Positions 26,170 through 38,666 of a DNA stretch of 64,000 bases are shown here, piece after piece. The first letter of the stretch is position 1, and every line of letters starts with the position of its first letter. The stretch covers positions 70,184,001-70,248,000 of the forward strand of contig OZ296654.1 in assembly GCA_965655095.1 (NCBI GenBank). Direction: 5' to 3'. Origin of the DNA: Haplodiscus bocki (Eukaryota). Under the pieces are notes generated by a model, which was given only the letters and a program-made list of their open reading frames with translations, did not search any database and had not been told where the DNA came from. Position numbers and translations under genes: made by a program.

Positions 26170-28581
26170 TTGTTTTGGGGATTTTTTTGCGAACGTAGGC
26201 ATGAGATTACAAACCAGCTCTGTATGGCTTTTTTGACTGGGGCTACAGAGCCAGAAAGGTAAAGAAATTGTTAAACAGTGTGTTTTCAAAAAACTGATCT
26301 TTGCAAACACGTTGTCCGAACAACACAAACGCTGCAAGTACACATGGATCAGCCCAGGTGAAAAAAGCTGTAATCAAGTTTACTTTTTCCGTGTTCATCA
26401 AAACTTTCAAAGAGCAATAACAAATTGCAAAATACAACCCAGTGCACACTGTAGCGTTGACCATATACCTGTTGTTGGGATTGTAGTTATGAAACTGGAG
26501 AAACTTCATATCTTTTAGGAGAAAAGCTGTAACTGTCAGAACTTTCTTTGCGAAGTTAGAGCAGAACTGTCTGAGGAAGCTGTAACAACCCTGACGCAGT
26601 CAGAAGAACAGAGAAATCTGAACTGCATAACCTCTCAAGATTTTTTCACGTCGCTTCAGCAGAAATTTGTTGCGGTGCTCAGAAAAGAAAAGATTATAAA
26701 GTTTGATGAATGATCACATGCTTGAGTTGATGCAGGCATTTCGATTGGCAAAATAGACACCGTCGGATACAAAGCTTTCGACAAGAAGGTTTGCCGGGCA
26801 TGCGGTCTTGCTGAATGCCAATATCTGGATCAGAAATGCCGAGAAAACGACCAACACGACAACCAAAACCCCGACAATGCCACAAAAGAATTAGGGAAAT
26901 CATGGCTAAGAAATCGGCCCGATCATTTTTCGGATTTGCACAAATAAAATGGCGAAAAGACTTTTGGCAGAGAAGACGTCAAAAAACGATGGGAGCAGTA
27001 CATCGGCAAGCTATTGACAAATCATCAGGCAACATCTTCACTACTGTCTTTTTTAGGACTGACAGGTGAACCTTTTTCGGAATTTGAAACCCAAGAAGCT
27101 ACGAGGAAGACGGAAAATGGCAAATCATGTGGGCTACACGAGACTCCATGTGAAGTTTTCAAAGTATAGGATGACCTAGCAGCTGAAACGCTCATTCCGA
27201 TTTTCAAAAAATGATATGAAACTACTTTTTTTCCAAGGACTTCAGACGATTTCTTCCATCTCTTTTAGCAAAATCAACTGATACGACATAGCGCGTAGAC
27301 CATCTATCGATTAGCTTCATGAATCAAACTTTAAACTTTTTGCTGCAATTTTTATTATTTTTAATGCGAACAACAATACAAAATGAAATACAAGCCAGGC
27401 AGTTCGGTTTCATGCGTGATAGAAGTATAAGGATTGCAACTTTTCTTCTTCGTGTGAATGAAATTATGATAAAGAAGAATATCAAACTCTACTGTTGTTT
27501 CTTTGATTACAGAAAAACTTTCGACAAAGTATAGCACAAAACAGTTGTCTGAAAATCTAGTCTATCTCAACATAAGTGATGACGACTTTAGACTCCTACA
27601 GAAACAATACTTCCAACAAAACGCAGTTGTGAGACAAAGGAAAAACCTGTCAAGTCCGATAACAACTGAAAGATGTGTTCATCAGGGATGTGTTTTGTCA
27701 CCCAAACTGGTTAAATTGTACTCCGACGTCAGTCTGCGGTTTCTTGAAGAATATACAGGCGTATAAGTGAATGGACATTGTTTAGCAGGTTTTTGGTATA
27801 CTTATAACACAGTTTTTGGAATACATATGACACAGTTTTGCTCCCAAGCAGTGTGCAAGATCTGCAGAACCTTTTGAACTGCGTGAATGAAAGATGTCAA
27901 AAATTCGATATGTAATCAAGTAGAAGAAGACACAGATAATGACAGTTTCAAAAAACAATGAAGGTAGGACTGTATGTGTTAAGCTGCATGGGTTCATTTC
28001 GGAACAAGATGGCTCCTTTACAAACTTAGGATCGATGATAACATCCAATGGTAGATGTAAGAAAGACCGAACAACCTGAGTAGCAATGGCCAAAAGCGTT
28101 TTCAGTGACAGGAAAGGCACACTCTGCAAACTCAAGATGCCTTTTAAACTGCGGTTCAGGGTATTCAAATGTTACAGCTACACGATGATGTTCTATGGGT
28201 GTGAACCGTAGACTCTGTTGAACCATATCAAGGCCAAAATCGAGGCTACAGAAATATGGTTCTTGAGGCGAATGATGGAAACCAGTTGGACAACGAAAGT
28301 GAGAAATGAAGATGTCTTCCGTATAGTCAAACACAGAAGATATCTCCTCTGTTGGGTGGCCAATCAACAAGTCAAACTTTTTGGACATGTGTTGAGAAAA
28401 GAAGAACTGCAGCGGTTGGTGATAACGTGGAAAATTAACGGCATGAAAACTCAAAGAAGACAGTGATGGAAAATGATGAACCAAATCGAAGTTTGGACTA
28501 GTCTAGAAAAAAAAGCAAGAAGAGGAACTCAGAGACAACTAATGATCGCCGATGTCAATTGATATGGCACAAGACGAAGAA
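26170..28581 (+). mobile_element. Decayed RTE-clade LINE (5' truncated)
   Basis: APE C-terminus YTWISPG...NQV...SVDHIPVV; RT QFGFMRDRS, FFDYRKTFDKV, HQGCVLSP, NLGSMITSNG; C-terminus EIWFLRRMM..SWT.KVRNEDV, LFGHVLRK; 3' end GGCAC followed by a decayed AAG-like tail. Confidence 0.92.
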
Positions 28582-29111
28582 AATTGCAATGTCAACAAAA
28601 AAACGGTACGAGTAAAATTTATAAACTTCCGAGATAGCTGATATTGGTTGTAATAAAATATTCAAAACATTGTTACCTGGCCACCTAATTCATGTGCCGT
28701 TAATCCGAATCTCGACTCCCATTCGAATCAAATTTTTGAACTGACAGTTTTAGGTTCAAATTAAGAGAAAAAGCTAGACTAACTTGACCAAAATTATGCA
28801 ATTTTTACTCCGATGTTTGAAACACACTTTACCCATCCTCATTTTTGACGAGCCAGATAACAATTTCTTGAAGTCATATTCACAATGTATTGACAGATAT
28901 CACTTGTTTCGAGACCTCAAAAACTTCCATGCATACCACTTTTGGGTGACCAAAAAAACCTGTTTGAAATAAATAGTACAATTTTCGTTTCAAGTTCCAA
29001 GCGATTTAATAACCGCGAAAGGGTTGGTATTCCATCTCATCAATTAAACAGTTGGGTCAAAAAAAGGAAAAATCCGTAAAGTGCAATGAAATCTGGAAAA
29101 TGGTATCTAAC

Positions 29112-29478
29112 CCATTTTCGCCAACTCGTGGGTTAGTTTCTGGCAATTCGATTCGCTTCGGGTAAACAGCTGACACACTGCAGTTTGATTGTACCCAAAG
29201 CCGTTACTTCCAGTATACTTCAGATTTAAATCGCGACCACAAAAAGTTTGATCCGGACAATACGCAGCAGAATAGTCTTCAAGTACAATTTTGGCGAATT
29301 TGTTCAAACACTCGCCTTCAGTTATGGAAAATTCTGGGATCATGGAAATTTTCACAGCGTGCTCGAAGGACACTTTTGTCTCACATGCCGTGACTCTGCA
29401 GGATTGCAGCCAAGCGTTTTTTGCAAGGCAGACAATTAACAAGATTTTGCATAAAAGCAAGACCCAGGTTTCGTTCAT
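29112..29478 (-). CDS. First coding exon of a secreted EGF/F-type lectin protein: signal peptide plus Cys-rich (PAN/apple-like) region
   Basis: ATG at 29478; hydrophobic N-terminus MNETWVLLLCKILLIVCLAKNAWLQSC; phase-1 donor G|GTTAGA at 29111 joins exon 16055-16294 to give KM-D-VNEC, completing the cbEGF consensus D(V/I)NEC. Further exons in the 12.8-kb intron (which has a gap) cannot be excluded. Confidence 0.75.
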
Positions 29479-30414
29479 GTTGCTTTTTGATAAGCGCTTA
29501 TCATCATTTCTCAGAAAAAAACTGTCAAAATTTCAAATTCGGACAGCTTGAAAGTTTCCTTCGTTTGGGTTGCTGGATATTCAATTTGTAAATAATTTAA
29601 TTCCGTTACAGGAGACTCAATTTCGTACTATGCCTTTTCGAGGCTTCGAAATCTCAACCTTCCAGATTTGTCAAAGCTGGAAAAAAAATTTGCTAATTTT
29701 GAAATGTTTGTCAACTTGAACACATCGTCTGTTTGGACGGACTAATCGAAGGAACTCTATGGATTCACTCCATACTTTACAGTTTTATTCGCTGGAGCAA
29801 GCATTAATTATTTAAAAGTTCTGCAACTAAATTGAATCACGTCTTTTTGAAATTCGTGGTACAAACTCTACCTGCTTTTTCGCAGGAATAGATATAGTAA
29901 GTCAACCGTCGAAAAGTATTTCGATAAAGCAATTTTGCAGGCTCTTCGAAATGTTTTTGCTCAAAAGAGAAGATTTTGAATTTAATTCGGAACTGCGAAC
30001 ATCTGCCCTGGAGTTCATATAAACTTTTCTTAGTATCTAGCAAGGACTATCCTAGCAGCAAAAACAACAAACCAAAAAAGCAAGTGCATCATTATTACGT
30101 TTTCTCTGTTTTTTCACAACCCAGCGGTCGAAGCCATAGTAGGCTTTCCATAGTGCAAAAAAATCATGACAGCCTTATAATGATGCACCCGATATCGAAG
30201 CTTTACCAAAATCACGGAAAGTTTTCCATGGCTAAGCATGTTCCATGACAAGCATTCGATGGGTTATAATGGGGTTGAAGAAATGACTGCCAATTCAAAA
30301 CACTTTGAGGAGTATAAACTAAATTTAGGTTTTATAAGTGAAATTGCAGAATTCAATTTAAGACCCTCGGGTGCTTGTTCATCGAAATAACCCAGTGTCA
30401 TGCTCTAGCTTGAC

Positions 30415-30614
30415 NNNNNNNNNNNNNNNNNNNNNNNNNNNNNNNNNNNNNNNNNNNNNNNNNNNNNNNNNNNNNNNNNNNNNNNNNNNNNNNNNNNNNN
30501 NNNNNNNNNNNNNNNNNNNNNNNNNNNNNNNNNNNNNNNNNNNNNNNNNNNNNNNNNNNNNNNNNNNNNNNNNNNNNNNNNNNNNNNNNNNNNNNNNNNN
30601 NNNNNNNNNNNNNN
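30415..30614. other. Assembly gap (200 N)
   Basis: N run, near where the Gypsy 3' LTR would be expected. Confidence 1.
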
Positions 30615-30681
30615 AAAATTTTGAACTGATACGTCTTTTCTATGTGCGCGTTCCGTGGAACACACTAGTTCAGCTCACAAG

Positions 30682-33600
30682 TTAATCTCTGTAGTCATCT
30701 TTGCATTTAGGTTTCGGGTTATGACGCAAATTGTATTTGGAACTGCAAGGGTTGGTTGGGCTATTGTTCGGTTGTTCCGAGTTTGTCTCCACATCAGTTT
30801 CCGTGTCGGGATACGTATCTGTTACGTCACAAAAACCTTCCGTTTGAAGACAAGTTTCTGGGTAACACTCGTGTGCGGTTCCTGTATTGTTCCGCATTTC
30901 CGCAGTTTTTAAGTCAGACTGTACTGGAATTTCGGGTGAATTGGGTGGCGTTGCATTAAAAAATTTCGGCATCAAAACTGGCTTCTCGTATTCACACTCC
31001 CACGCACTGGCACACAACTCATCGTGTTTGAGGCTCATTTCCGGATCCGGTTTCCATTCCTGTGACGTGAATCGTATATCAGGAGGGGTTTGGCGGGGTG
31101 TGAACTGACGCATTCGCATACGATGAAGCACTTGCGTTATGTTGGTGCCAATTTTGCGTACCAAATAGTTGTTGTTGGGTGACACTTTTTCAATATTTAA
31201 AGGGCCAATCCACCGAAAATCTGTAATTGGAATTTTACTCCTTTGATGATCCGCATTCGGCTGTAAGACGTTTACATAATCTGGTCTGTGGGCTTTGAAG
31301 CGTTGGCATTTTTGTTGTAATAAGCTTTATATTTGATGTAAGCTTGCATGGAATTTTTTCGAACATTTTGATGGATCATTTGTGCTTGATCAAGAAAATC
31401 TTAGACAATTAGCCAAGTAGGAATGGGTTGTTGTTGTAGACGAAATCCCAACTTTATATCTAAGATATTTTAGGGAACACGGCCGTGAAATACTCGGCTT
31501 GGCTCACAAGCCATTACTTGTGTGATAAGAAGTAGTATAAATAAGGACCGCAAAACTGACGTATTTGTGCCACAATGATCTTCACTCGCCTGTTCCAATC
31601 TTTAATGCTTGCTTGATTGACGCATGAGATCGTTCTAACAGCCCAATTGTTTGAAGGTGCTTTGTAGTGGTGTGCTTTAGAGTAATACCAAGGACGCCGG
31701 CCACTTCTTTAACTACATGGGACATAAAGGCTGTACCTTCATCTGAGATGAGCTTCGTCTGTAAGTAGGCGTGCTTAGTCCAGATGTTAATTGTACTTTT
31801 AGCAAGTGTCCTGGCGTCCTGATTTGATGTCGGGTATGCAAATAAAAAGCGGGAAAACACATCCATGGCTGTCACAATGTTTTCATAGCCACCAGATGGC
31901 GGCAATTCCGGCACCAACGCAATTTGCATGGCATCTTCGGGCGCAGTTATGTGCTCATTGGGGTTCTGCAGGGAGGGCTGGTGAGACTATGGTCAATTCG
32001 TGATTGTCTAATGCATTCATCTCATGATATGACCCACTCCCTGTTTAATTGCGCCATTTTTGGAAAAGAATATTTTTCCCTGTAAGCAATTATTGTTTTG
32101 GCAATTCCTGGGTGTTTTCGAAATTGTCCATGCAGGCTGAGCAGAACTTCGTTAACTAATTGATTTGGGATTAAAATTTGGGAGTATTTGATACTACTGG
32201 TTTCTGCGAAAAATTTCTCGAACAGTAGGCCATCCGTAAGAATTATGCGGTCTTCATTTGCTTTTTAGTTTTTGTATCTTCAGTCTGTCATCATTTACTT
32301 TTCGTCATGTGGTTGGCCTAGGATTTTCAGTTTCATCTTCTTCAACACAGGATCGACGTCCTGCTCTAGTCGTATTCGTGCATTTGCGTTGATTCCATTC
32401 ATGGAATACAACGTAGTGTTTCCGTCGACCTTTGTAAGTTTTCTCACACTTGTTTTCAAGGAGGATGGTTCCTCGTTTGCTCTCCATTGCTTCGCATTTT
32501 GTCTGGATTGTTCTTTCCGTTCTAGAGTTTCTTCTTCTGGTTCGTCGTTATTGTCTGCTTGTGTAAAGACAAAATTGTTCTTCATCAGCGACATCCCAGT
32601 AAGAGGTGGTCACCTCGATAGGTGTTGTTTGGATATCCTCCGGGATTTTGAGACATATTTTCTCCGTGACTTTTAGTTCCAATCTGGAGAAAAAATTAGC
32701 CGCAGTGTTGAAAGAGCCAGCAATATGTTCTATTTGGAAGTTAAATTGTAACACATAATCACATGCATTACAGAGTCCTGGCGGAATTGCCTTTGCTTGG
32801 AAAGAACGTGTGACGGACTTGTTATCTGTCAGGAAAAGTTATCGCTTTGTTGCTTCCCACAGAATATGTGCAAATTCGAGCAAGGCCATGTGGATTGCCA
32901 AAAAATCTTTTGAGTTTAAGGACGTTTTGTGTTGCACGTGAGAGAAAATGTTCGAGCCACACGCCACGGGGGCGTACGTTTTCCACTTTGACTGTTTTTA
33001 TTATCGGGATTGTCTTCAATCATAAGCGCATATCCAGCACTTCTGAAGCTGGCATCCGCCATTAAGACGAGTTGCGTTCCAGGAATGGGTTGCCTCAATG
33101 CTAATTGGCAAGCGTCACTGAGAGCTTTATCAACTGAACCAAATATTTTTTTCAATTCTCACGTAATATTGATTGGCACTTCCGTTTTAAACAAATTGTA
33201 CAATGGATTAGATTTTTCAGCCAACCTGAGATTATAATTTCTGTAACAGTTCACGAAACCCAGATATCGCTGTAACGCCTTTTTCGACTTGGAGAGTCTA
33301 AGTTTGTCTAGGAAATTTTGAAGTTTCCGGGCTTTTGGTGAGATTCCTTCTGGCAAAATTGTTCTTCAAGAAATTCAACTTGTCTGACTCGAAAGTGGCA
33401 TTTCTCAATTGTAAGTTTCAATCCTGCTTGGCGAATGCACTTGAAGACTGCCCGAATGATCTAGGTGAGATCCGTAGCATTATTGGCTGCGATTCCAGTG
33501 TCGTCCACGTATTGAGCACATTAGTCAACTTTGACAACTGGGTCCTTGTACTCACGCATGAAATTTGAAAAAGCAGACACAGATCTGCTAAGGCTTTGTG

Positions 33601-35165
33601 CAAGTCCTTTGTAGGTAAAAGTTCTGCTGGCAAAATTGAATGCAAGCATTTTCACTGACCGTTGGTCCGCCATCTGCAAACAGTGATAAGCTTGGGAGCA
33701 AACTAGTTTGCAGAATAATGGCTTCCCTGCCAAATGTTGTGCTGTGTTTGACAGAGTGCTACGTGGATGATTATTGTTAGTATATTCATCCGCAATCAGA
33801 TTGTTGATTTTCCAGAGATCCACAAGGAGACGTAGTTTTCCATTGGGCTTCCTTTGTTCAAATATGGGACTTGCGTACTTGGAGAAAGGCAGTACGGTGA
33901 TGATTCCATATTTGTGCATTAGAGCCAATTCAACAATTAAGTCTTATTTCAAGTGGATCGGTATTGGTACACGTTGACTATAAACAAACAACTTTGTCGT
34001 CTTTCGGAGTTAGTTTCACCTTGAATTCCGTGCTCATGCCAATTTCCATTCTGTGTCTGGCAAAATTGTCATATTCGATCAGGATATCTTCAATTGCTTG
34101 CTTCTCTTTTTCTGTTAGAAGTGTTTCAGTCCAATCGAATCGTTTCAGAAACTTGTTGCGAGACTGAGTGCTCTCTTGTGGATTGAGTTTTTCTTTGTCT
34201 TTGAGTTCAGTTAAGTTTTTGAGGATTCGTGTCTCTATTGGGGTGTGGTCCTCAGGCTTTCCAGGATTGTCAGGTGTTGGGAACCAGAAGGTATTGTTTT
34301 GCTGCTCGGGTTTATTCGTTCTGAGAAATTCGTTTAGTTAGGCGGTCAGATCAGTATCATTTTCCGGAATCTTACTAAGGATTGCCTTATCTACTGGTTT
34401 AATGTGTTTGGAAAGCTCCGGAGTGACTACGCAGAACTCTGCAATCTTTGTGTGCTTTTTGATTAGATATGGTGGCTCCGTAGTATTGGTTATTCTGACT
34501 GCTATTCTTTTGTCAATTCTTGTCGACATTGAGTGGGAAATCATCAAACCTGCTGTTTCCGTAAACTTCTCCATGGGTGTCACAGTGCCTGTCGTGTTCC
34601 ATTCTGACGGATGGTCAACAAAGGCTGTGATTCTTGTTGTAGTTGTTGTTGTCGGAGGTATCGTCAAAGCATCATCAGTGAAGACTGGCTGAAGCTTTGT
34701 AGTTGCTTCAGTTGACGCCGTTTTAACCTGCATTGTCAAGTGCGGGAAATGTATGAGTCCGTGTGTCGTGTCAATGACTATACTGTTATTCCTCATAAAA
34801 TGCAGCCCAATTATTGGCTCTGCAGATTTCTTCATTACGACGAACTTTTCAGCGAAAAAATTGTCTCCAATTGCGAATTCAAATGTGGCTGTTGCTAACG
34901 GTTTTTCTAACTTACCATTTGGTACTTGTATCTGAAAATTGTAAGGATCCTCGATTTTGAGAATATTATTCGGGGCTTTCTTTCTTATAGTGTCCCAGTC
35001 ATTTTGGGCGATTGCACTGACAAATGCTCCTGGGTCCACCACGGCATCTACTATTAGGTTATTCTCAAAATCCAGAGGCACATAGAGCATTTCTTGTTTT
35101 CGTTTCACGACTACTGTAGAGGTTAATGGGAGATAGACCTCATTTGTCTGTTCATCTCCCACCAA
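30682..35165 (-). pseudogene. pol: Gypsy pol (protease, RT, RNase H, integrase), disrupted
   Basis: PR AVVDPGAFVSAI; RT KLRLLVDLWKIN and QYVDD (~33500); RH LMADASFRSAG; IN MDVFSRFLFAYP, ISDEGTAF, GLLERSH; GPY/F-like WIGP. Confidence 0.93.
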
Positions 35166-35771
35166 CCCTTCTTCAATTAGTGGGGTTGCAGTGGTGAGAG
35201 GTGGAGATGTTGTATCTGCAGTGATTGTGATCGTTACGTGCTGCTCTGAATTTTGGATATCGGTAGGACATTTCTTGGAGCAGTTAAGGAACGGTAATGG
35301 TTCGTTCCTTGTTTGATTTCCTGGAGGGTGTTCCGTGGCGACCTCGTAGTTCTGTGGTTGGGTTCCCTTGGATGGCGGCCTTTGGCTTGCTACAGTCGTT
35401 TTTGGTGTTTCCTGAGTATAGTGTCTTGTTGAGTCATTGTTAGTATTACTTAAGTTACTTTGACCAGTAGATATCTCCGAGGGTTGCTACCAGACAATCT
35501 CGGGAATTGGTGGAAGTGTTGGTATTCCACTTGTCTCCGGTCTGTCGCATGCAGCTCCGGAGTGAAGACGTGGCGTTTCTAGTGTAAAGTTTGGGCTGCA
35601 GCTCGAGCATTCCCATCTGTGTTGCTTTGGGCAATTCTCTGTTGGACTTGGTTTTGTCCTTCCGGTCATCTATTCCGAGGAAGCGGTCTGTTCTCTGCAC
35701 TTGCTCCAAGGTAACATTTCTCTGTGGAATGGGTAGCTTTACCACAGGTCTCACAGGGTGGGTAGACAGGT

Positions 35772-37284
35772 CTAGGTCTTCTGTTTTTCGATTATTTGTT
35801 TCATTTGAGTTGATTTTGTTGGAACTTTTTTGTTGTTGGAGTTAGAGTTTGTCTGACCACCAGCGTTGTTATTGTTGTTATTCTCAGCACTGTTCGTGTT
35901 ATTTCGAGCTGGGTTTTTTTCTCGTTTGAGTTGAAGGCACTGGTTCTGACAGTGACCTGGCTTTTTGCAATGGTGGCAAGTTGGTTTGGGCTTTTCGGCG
36001 TTTTGTTGTGTGGCTTGTTGCGTCACTGTGTTTATCTGTAGTTCATCTGGGGCTTCCCAACCTTTCAGTTCTAACTCCCGTTCAAGATGAGACACAATCT
36101 GTTCTTTTGTGCCATTGTCAAAATGCGCCTGGTTGATTGATTTATTCAGGTGGGGAGGCATTTTGGCAAAAATGAGTTGCTCGATGATCGCTTGAGCGGC
36201 AACTCCGAATGCATCTTTCACTAGTTTCTGGAGTTCGTCTAGAAAATCAATTAAATTCTGGTTTGCCGGATTGAAGACCAATCGTTGAATTTTGTGTTTC
36301 GCTGTAGCCATTGACTGAGGTTTCACGTATTTTCTACGGAAAACAGTCAGAAATTCTCTCTGTTTGGGCTGGTGATGTTTTTGAATGTTTGTAACGCATC
36401 ACCACGCATGAGAGATTGGAAGTAGTTTATTTTCTCTTCTTCTGTCAGTTGATTGTAAATTTTCAGACTCGTTTGGAACTGACCTTCAAGCAGCTCAAGT
36501 TTATATGATTTTCCGTCTAATGTGGGCATAGTCGATGTGAGGGGTTTAGGCTATTCCGACATTCGGTTTTTGTTGTTCTTGAAATTGGCTGAATTACTGT
36601 TCGTCGCCAACTGTTGAGGGGCAAACAATATGTGGTCTGCTTCAATTGTCGCAGGGGTGCTTTCACTGCGAAATTGTGGCTGACTTGTGAAGCGTGCCTT
36701 TTTTTGCCCTCCTGACGAAGTTCCAAGGGAGCCGTAGGGAATCTCTTCTTGAATTCCTGTCCTGTCACAATGGGTGGGCGATTGCGAATCTCTTCCGGAC
36801 CTCCTGTCACCTTGTGAGGGCGATTGCGAAAATCTTCTGGGCCTCCTGTCAGCATGTGAGGATATTCTTCCAACTCTGAGCCAATTAGATTACCAGAGTG
36901 ATGAGAAGAGACCATCGCTTCGGGACAGGGATCGTTTGAGGAACGATCCCCATTGGGTTCCCGGTTTCCTGAGTCGCCGCCGTTCCTGGATGTTCTCGGA
37001 ACGGCTACGGAACAAGTCCGTACCTGCGGGTTCAGAAGAAATTCGTCAAGTCTGGACAGAGCACCCAAAACACGAGACTCCATCCGACTGAATTGCTGAA
37101 GTTTCTGAAGATATCGAAAAAAGAGTTTTTTAGTCACTCTCTCTTCGATCTCTTCAAAAACTTGGAAGATGTATTCTTCAGCCATTTCTGTGTCAAGCGT
37201 GTTCTGTGACTGACTGTTGCTGGTAATTTCAGGTGTTTCTCTAGAAACCGCTGCTAATTTTTTCTTATTCCTCAAAGTTGCCAT
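35772..37284 (-). pseudogene. gag: Gypsy gag (frameshifted), N-terminus starting inside the LTR
   Basis: MATLRNKKK... start at 37284; capsid-like KINYFQSLMRGDALQTF; zinc knuckle CHHCKKPGHCQNQC. Confidence 0.88.
36759..36860 (-). repeat. 42-bp tandem repeat holding three LTR-end/PBS-like motifs (CA|TGGTGACAGGAG consensus)
   Basis: Copies at 36854-36843, 36812-36801 and 36770-36759; translated in frame as PHMLTGGPEDFRNR-PHKVTGGPEEIRNR-PPIVTG. Confidence 0.85.
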
Positions 37285-37728
37285 GATACTGAGGGAAAAG
37301 TTTTGTCAGCAGTGAAGACTGAATTGAAGGTTTTACCATTATAATCAACAGTGAAGATCTCCTCTAATTGTGAGGGGAAAAGGGTTTCAATAATAAGCGA
37401 ACAGTTTAAGATCAAATCTAGTACAATACCGTAAAGCTACAATTTATATAATAATGATCGTACTTTCGTTTCTCCTATTTATACCATTCCTTTGCGGGAA
37501 ACATAACTGTTTACACGCCAAATCAAGGTACAAATAGGGTCAAGTTCTTTAATCGTATTATCTATAAGGGGAAAAATGCTGACTTTGGTGGGAAATAAAC
37601 ACCTCTTCGTCCATTTCTTCATTCACGGACTGCGTTTTTTCCACCTTCGACAGAAAAAGTACGGGTGCAATACGTCAGAAATTGACATCAAAGTGGTTAT
37701 TCCCGCGCCGACACAATAAATACTAACA
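36855..37728 (-). repeat. 5' LTR of the Gypsy element (874 bp)
   Basis: TGTTAGTAT...ATCCTCACA (TG..CA, 7/9 terminal inverted match), followed directly by PBS-like TGCTGACAGGAG. No second LTR is available to confirm. Confidence 0.7.
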
Positions 37729-38611
37729 TAATTGAAAGATGGAAAAAGTTTTCCAAAACAGGAAATTAAAAAAGATGCACTGAAAAAAAAATTGAAATAC
37801 ATGAAATAAAGTTCTAATAAAATCTAGAAACATTCATGTTTACTTGTGGTGACATACTGCATTGATTAAATCCACTGTTGTGAACAAAACTAGGCTTTCT
37901 CTAGTCCGTTGCACGTTTCTATCAGCTCACGCCTCATTTTCGCAGGAGCGTTCCGGAGCGACTACGTAGCCGCTTGTAGCACTGCTCTCCGCAGTGCTAC
38001 TGAAGAGAATGAATCGGGTGGCTACGTACCGTTCCGTGTCCGTCCAAAGTGAAACAGCATAGTTGCACAGCGGATTGGCTGAAACTCTAATGACGTGACC
38101 AGATCAGTCACGACGTAACATTTACAGAACAAATGTTCACATTTAAAGTCACGCTCTGCAATAATTTTTGATTGTTATTGAAAACTTGTTGAAACTGTCA
38201 GTCTAGATAAGTTACTGGACAAATCATTTAAATGTGGATTTATATATTACTTATTTGGATTAATTATATAGAATAGCAACTTATATTATTAAAAAAATAC
38301 AGTAGGGAAGTAAATGAATATCCGTTTGCTCCGTACCTGTTCCGTCCCAATCAGGATCAATTCACCAGAATTACACGTATCGGATACGTGCCTTTTACAT
38401 CAATCACATATTATGGAACGATACGTAACTACTACGTATCGTTTACATGAAATACTTATTAGTGCACAAGCTGGATACGTAACTACTACGGATCCTTGAT
38501 TAAATCTGATGCGCTATGTCTTTAAATAATATTTTTCAGTCTTGAGTTTTTAGTTTATTGACGACGCGCCTGGTATGTCCTTCGGCTCAGGGAGCAATTG
38601 TCCACAAGCCT

Positions 38612-38666
38612 CGCAGATGTGCTGCGACAGCTGCATGTCGCGACATTTGCGCTTACGGAATACTAG
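38612..38666 (+). mobile_element. Possible Helitron 3' terminus
   Basis: GC-rich hairpin CGCAGATGT..GCGACA/TGTCGC.ACATTTGCG, 11 nt, then CTAG|T. Confidence 0.4.

Larger units (their letters stand above)
30615..37728 (-). mobile_element. Ty3/Gypsy LTR retrotransposon, near full length but decayed; 3' LTR not visible (runs into assembly gap)
   Basis: Order LTR-PBS-gag(CCHC)-PR-RT-RH-IN; many stops and frameshifts. Confidence 0.95.
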
